From Candidatus Oleincola secundus (lineage in GTDB: Bacteria > Atribacterota > Phoenicimicrobiia > Phoenicimicrobiales > Stramentimicrobiaceae): 29,053 nt of DNA. The stretch's first letter is position 1. Each line of letters begins with the position of its first letter. The notes under the pieces are model-generated. The model saw nothing but the letters and a program-made list of their open reading frames with translations, ran no database searches and was not told where the DNA came from. Positions 26,764 to 29,053 of this stretch are shown here, in pieces. The position numbers were made by a program, and so were the translations under genes. The stretch is from contig JAGYLS010000016.1 of the NCBI GenBank assembly GCA_018400815.1, positions 1 through 29,053 on the forward strand, in the 5' to 3' direction.

Positions 26764-27942
26764 ATGCCAATTAGACAACTTACTGAAGATGTTTATTTGG
26801 TTGGTTCTATCGACTGGGACCGGAGACTATTTGATGAGTTAATTCCCTTGCCTGATGGAACCAGCTATAATTCCTATTTGGTTAAAAATAAAGATGATGC
26901 GCTTCTTATTGATACCGTGGATCCTGCTAAAAAAGAAGAGCTTTTTCAAAATTTAAAAGAAGCAAAAGTAGAAAAAATAAGTTATATTATTGCCCAACAT
27001 GCTGAGCAGGACCACGCAGGTTGTATTAAAGATGTCTTAAAAAAATATCCAGGATGTCGGGTTATTACCAATAAAAAGTGTAAAGGATTATTAATAGATG
27101 AATTGCATTTAGAGGATAAAGATTTTTATGAGATAGAAGATGGGGAAATATTTCAATTTGGGAATAAGAAATATCAGTTTATTTTCGCTCCATGGGTTCA
27201 TTGGCCGGAAACATTTCTTACTTATTTGCCTGAAGAAAGGATATTATTTACCTGCGATTTTTTCGGCTCTCATCTGGCTACCAGTGAATTGTGGGCACGT
27301 GATGATTCCTACCTTTATCGTGCAGCCAAACGTTACTACGCTGAAATCATGATGCCCTTTAGAAAAAACATCAATAATCACCTGGAGAAACTGAAGAATA
27401 TTTCCATTAAAATTATTGCACCCAGCCATGGTCCCGTTTATCAAAATCCTGAATATATTTTAAAGGCTTATCATGAATGGGTATCGGATAATGTAAAAGA
27501 TGAGGTCATTATTCCCTATATCTCTATGCATGGAAGCACTCAAAAAATGGTTTCTTATCTGGTAGAACAGCTAATGAAAAGGAATATCAAGGTAACTCCT
27601 TATCATTTGATTTATAACGATCTCGGCGAACTGGCAATGGCATTGGTAGATGTGGCAACAATTATTCTGGCATCTCCTACAGTATTAACTGGTCCGCATC
27701 CTCAAGTTGTATATGCTGCTTATCTGTGCAATATCTTAAAACCAAAAGCAAGATATGCAGGGATTATTGGCTCATTCGGATGGGGAAGCAAAATGGAACA
27801 GGATATCCTTCATTTGTTAAAAAATCTAAAAGTAGAATTATTGCCCACAGTAATGGTTAAAAGCAATCCCCGAAAAGAGGATTTTGTAAAACTTAATCAG
27901 CTTGCAGATACAATTGCAAAAAATCATAGCGGTCTAAAATAA
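26764..27942 (+). CDS. fprA: Class A flavodiiron protein (O2/NO reductase)
   Basis: GTSYNSYL, diiron ligands HAEQDH, HWPE, CDFFG, PSHG, and a flavodoxin domain (SMHGST, GSFGWG). Confidence 0.94.
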   Translation: MPIRQLTEDVYLVGSIDWDRRLFDELIPLPDGTSYNSYLVKNKDDALLIDTVDPAKKEELFQNLKEAKVEKISYIIAQHAEQDHAGCIKDVLKKYPGCRVITNKKCKGLLIDELHLEDKDFYEIEDGEIFQFGNKKYQFIFAPWVHWPETFLTYLPEERILFTCDFFGSHLATSELWARDDSYLYRAAKRYYAEIMMPFRKNINNHLEKLKNISIKIIAPSHGPVYQNPEYILKAYHEWVSDNVKDEVIIPYISMHGSTQKMVSYLVEQLMKRNIKVTPYHLIYNDLGELAMALVDVATIILASPTVLTGPHPQVVYAAYLCNILKPKARYAGIIGSFGWGSKMEQDILHLLKNLKVELLPTVMVKSNPRKEDFVKLNQLADTIAKNHSGLK

Positions 27943-27965
27943 AGATAAAAAATTTTTGTTCCCAA

Positions 27966-27995
27966 TTTTTATTCATAATTCATAATGAATAAAAA
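27966..27995 (+). terminator. AT-rich stem-loop after fprA
   Basis: TTTTTATTCAT (27966-27976) pairs with ATGAATAAAAA (27985-27995), with outer GTTCC/GGAAC arms. Confidence 0.3.
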
Positions 27996-28078
27996 ATGAA
28001 AATTTGGAACTTTTAAAATCTTATATAGTGAAATATTTTTTGTAACAGAAAAATTTATTAGAGAAAAGGGTGATTAAA

Positions 28079-28603
28079 ATGGTAAAGAAAAAAATAGTTA
28101 TATTCATGTTTATAACAATAATGGTTTTTTCTGTTACCTGTGTTGCCATTGCGCAGAAAAGCATTGCTGATATACTATATGGTGATTTTGCAGAAATAGA
28201 AAGCTTTGGCTATATTTATGTAAAAGTACAGGGAGACCGGGCATCCATAATCGGGTTAAACAGTGATGAGCTTACTGATTATGCCAAATTGAGATATAAG
28301 AATAATTTCAGTGGTGTCGAATATCAGGAAATTACTAGCGAGGAATCTGCTATCTTTCAGGAAGAAGAAAAAGCAAAAAAAGCAGGTAGCATATGGTTCA
28401 GAATATGGATTGCAGGAGATAAATCTCCTATTGCTTATTACATTGAATGTAAAGCAGGAAATTATGATAATTATGAGATGTGGAGCGATGAAGTTCTTGG
28501 AATTTGTGATGAAAAAGAAATTAGTCAAATAGTTAGAAATGAAATAAACAGGATGATAGAAAATTTTGCCATAGTCTTTTTTAAAGTCAGAGGTGAAATA
28601 TAA
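28079..28603 (+). CDS. Hypothetical exported protein
   Basis: Signal peptide MVKKKIVIFMFITIMVFSVTCVAIA, acidic mature part, no recognised motif. Alternative GTG start at 28070. Confidence 0.75.
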   Translation: MVKKKIVIFMFITIMVFSVTCVAIAQKSIADILYGDFAEIESFGYIYVKVQGDRASIIGLNSDELTDYAKLRYKNNFSGVEYQEITSEESAIFQEEEKAKKAGSIWFRIWIAGDKSPIAYYIECKAGNYDNYEMWSDEVLGICDEKEISQIVRNEINRMIENFAIVFFKVRGEI

Positions 28604-28673
28604 TATTGATAAATGCTTTTCCTAAAAAAGTAAGATAAAAATCTTAATCTTAGGAGCAGGGGTTATCTGAGTT

Positions 28674-29053
28674 ATGATTAAAAAAATAGGTTTTTTAGTG
28701 TTCATTTTAGTTTTGGTTTTTTCTTTAAATTCTTTTGCAATAGAACAAGAAATTTTCATAGATTCGAAAATTAGTCATATTTATATTTATCCCCGTTCGG
28801 CTATGCTTTTGAAAGAAGGTAGACTGGAATTAGACAAAGGTTTTTACCGAGTTATTTTCGATGATATCTTAGAGAAGTTTGATGAAAAAACTATCAGTGC
28901 AGAATTAGAAGAAGTTGATGATGAAATTGCCAGAATCACAGGTATCAGCATCGAAACTGCTTACCTGGAAGAGGAACCGGCAGCTAGAATAAGGCAGTTG
29001 CAGGATGAAATCAATCAACTTCAAAAAAAGATAAGAATGATAACAAGTGAAAA
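28674..29053 (+). CDS. Exported DUF4140/DUF4139 (MuiA-like) protein, runs off the window
   Basis: Not in the ORF track. MIKKIGFLVFILVLVFSLNSFA-IEQEIFIDSKISHIYIYPRSAMLLKEGRLELDKG...IRQLQDEINQLQKKI. Matches the 'S.I..V.VY...A.V' plus coiled-coil pattern. Confidence 0.75.
   Translation, partial: MIKKIGFLVFILVLVFSLNSFAIEQEIFIDSKISHIYIYPRSAMLLKEGRLELDKGFYRVIFDDILEKFDEKTISAELEEVDDEIARITGISIETAYLEEEPAARIRQLQDEINQLQKKIRMITSE

Overview
An AT-rich bacterial chromosomal window, mostly housekeeping genes. Rubredoxin and a flavodiiron protein suggest an anaerobe. Firmicutes-like gene order with a membrane-anchored, non-lipoprotein foldase would fit Atribacterota or a similar lineage, but that is a tentative inference. 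The left ~3.3 kb is accessory: a hicB-hicA toxin-antitoxin pair (hicA runs off the window and is missing from the ORF track), a 5'-truncated methyltransferase remnant broken at GACCCC repeats, and a membrane Fe-S protein with two DUF318/ArsP-like permeases. Next is the block yicC-remA-gmk-(no rpoZ)-coaBC-priA-def-fmt-rsmB-PASTA protein-dprA. It is followed by tRNA-Pro(GGG), a threonine synthase-like gene, an FAD oxidoreductase, surE, a small membrane protein, tRNA-Gly(CCC), a VanW protein, an M14 peptidase, a parvulin foldase, ligA, gatC-gatA-gatB, rubredoxin (missing from the track), fprA, an exported hypothetical and a partial DUF4140-type gene. The strongest oddities are: (1) PriA has lost its main ATPase motifs but keeps the DNA-binding and Zn modules (pseudohelicase); (2) a 38-codon ORF with ATGA overlaps at both ends fills the rpoZ slot; (3) a ~245-bp IS200/IS605-like hairpin-ended element sits between gatC and gatA; (4) a VanW-type transpeptidase is paired with an exported M14 peptidase; (5) a kinase-less PASTA protein follows rsmB. 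I saw no CRISPR array, rRNA, integrase or intact transposase, and cannot claim a wholly new multi-gene system. All family calls come from reading motifs by eye, not from database searches.
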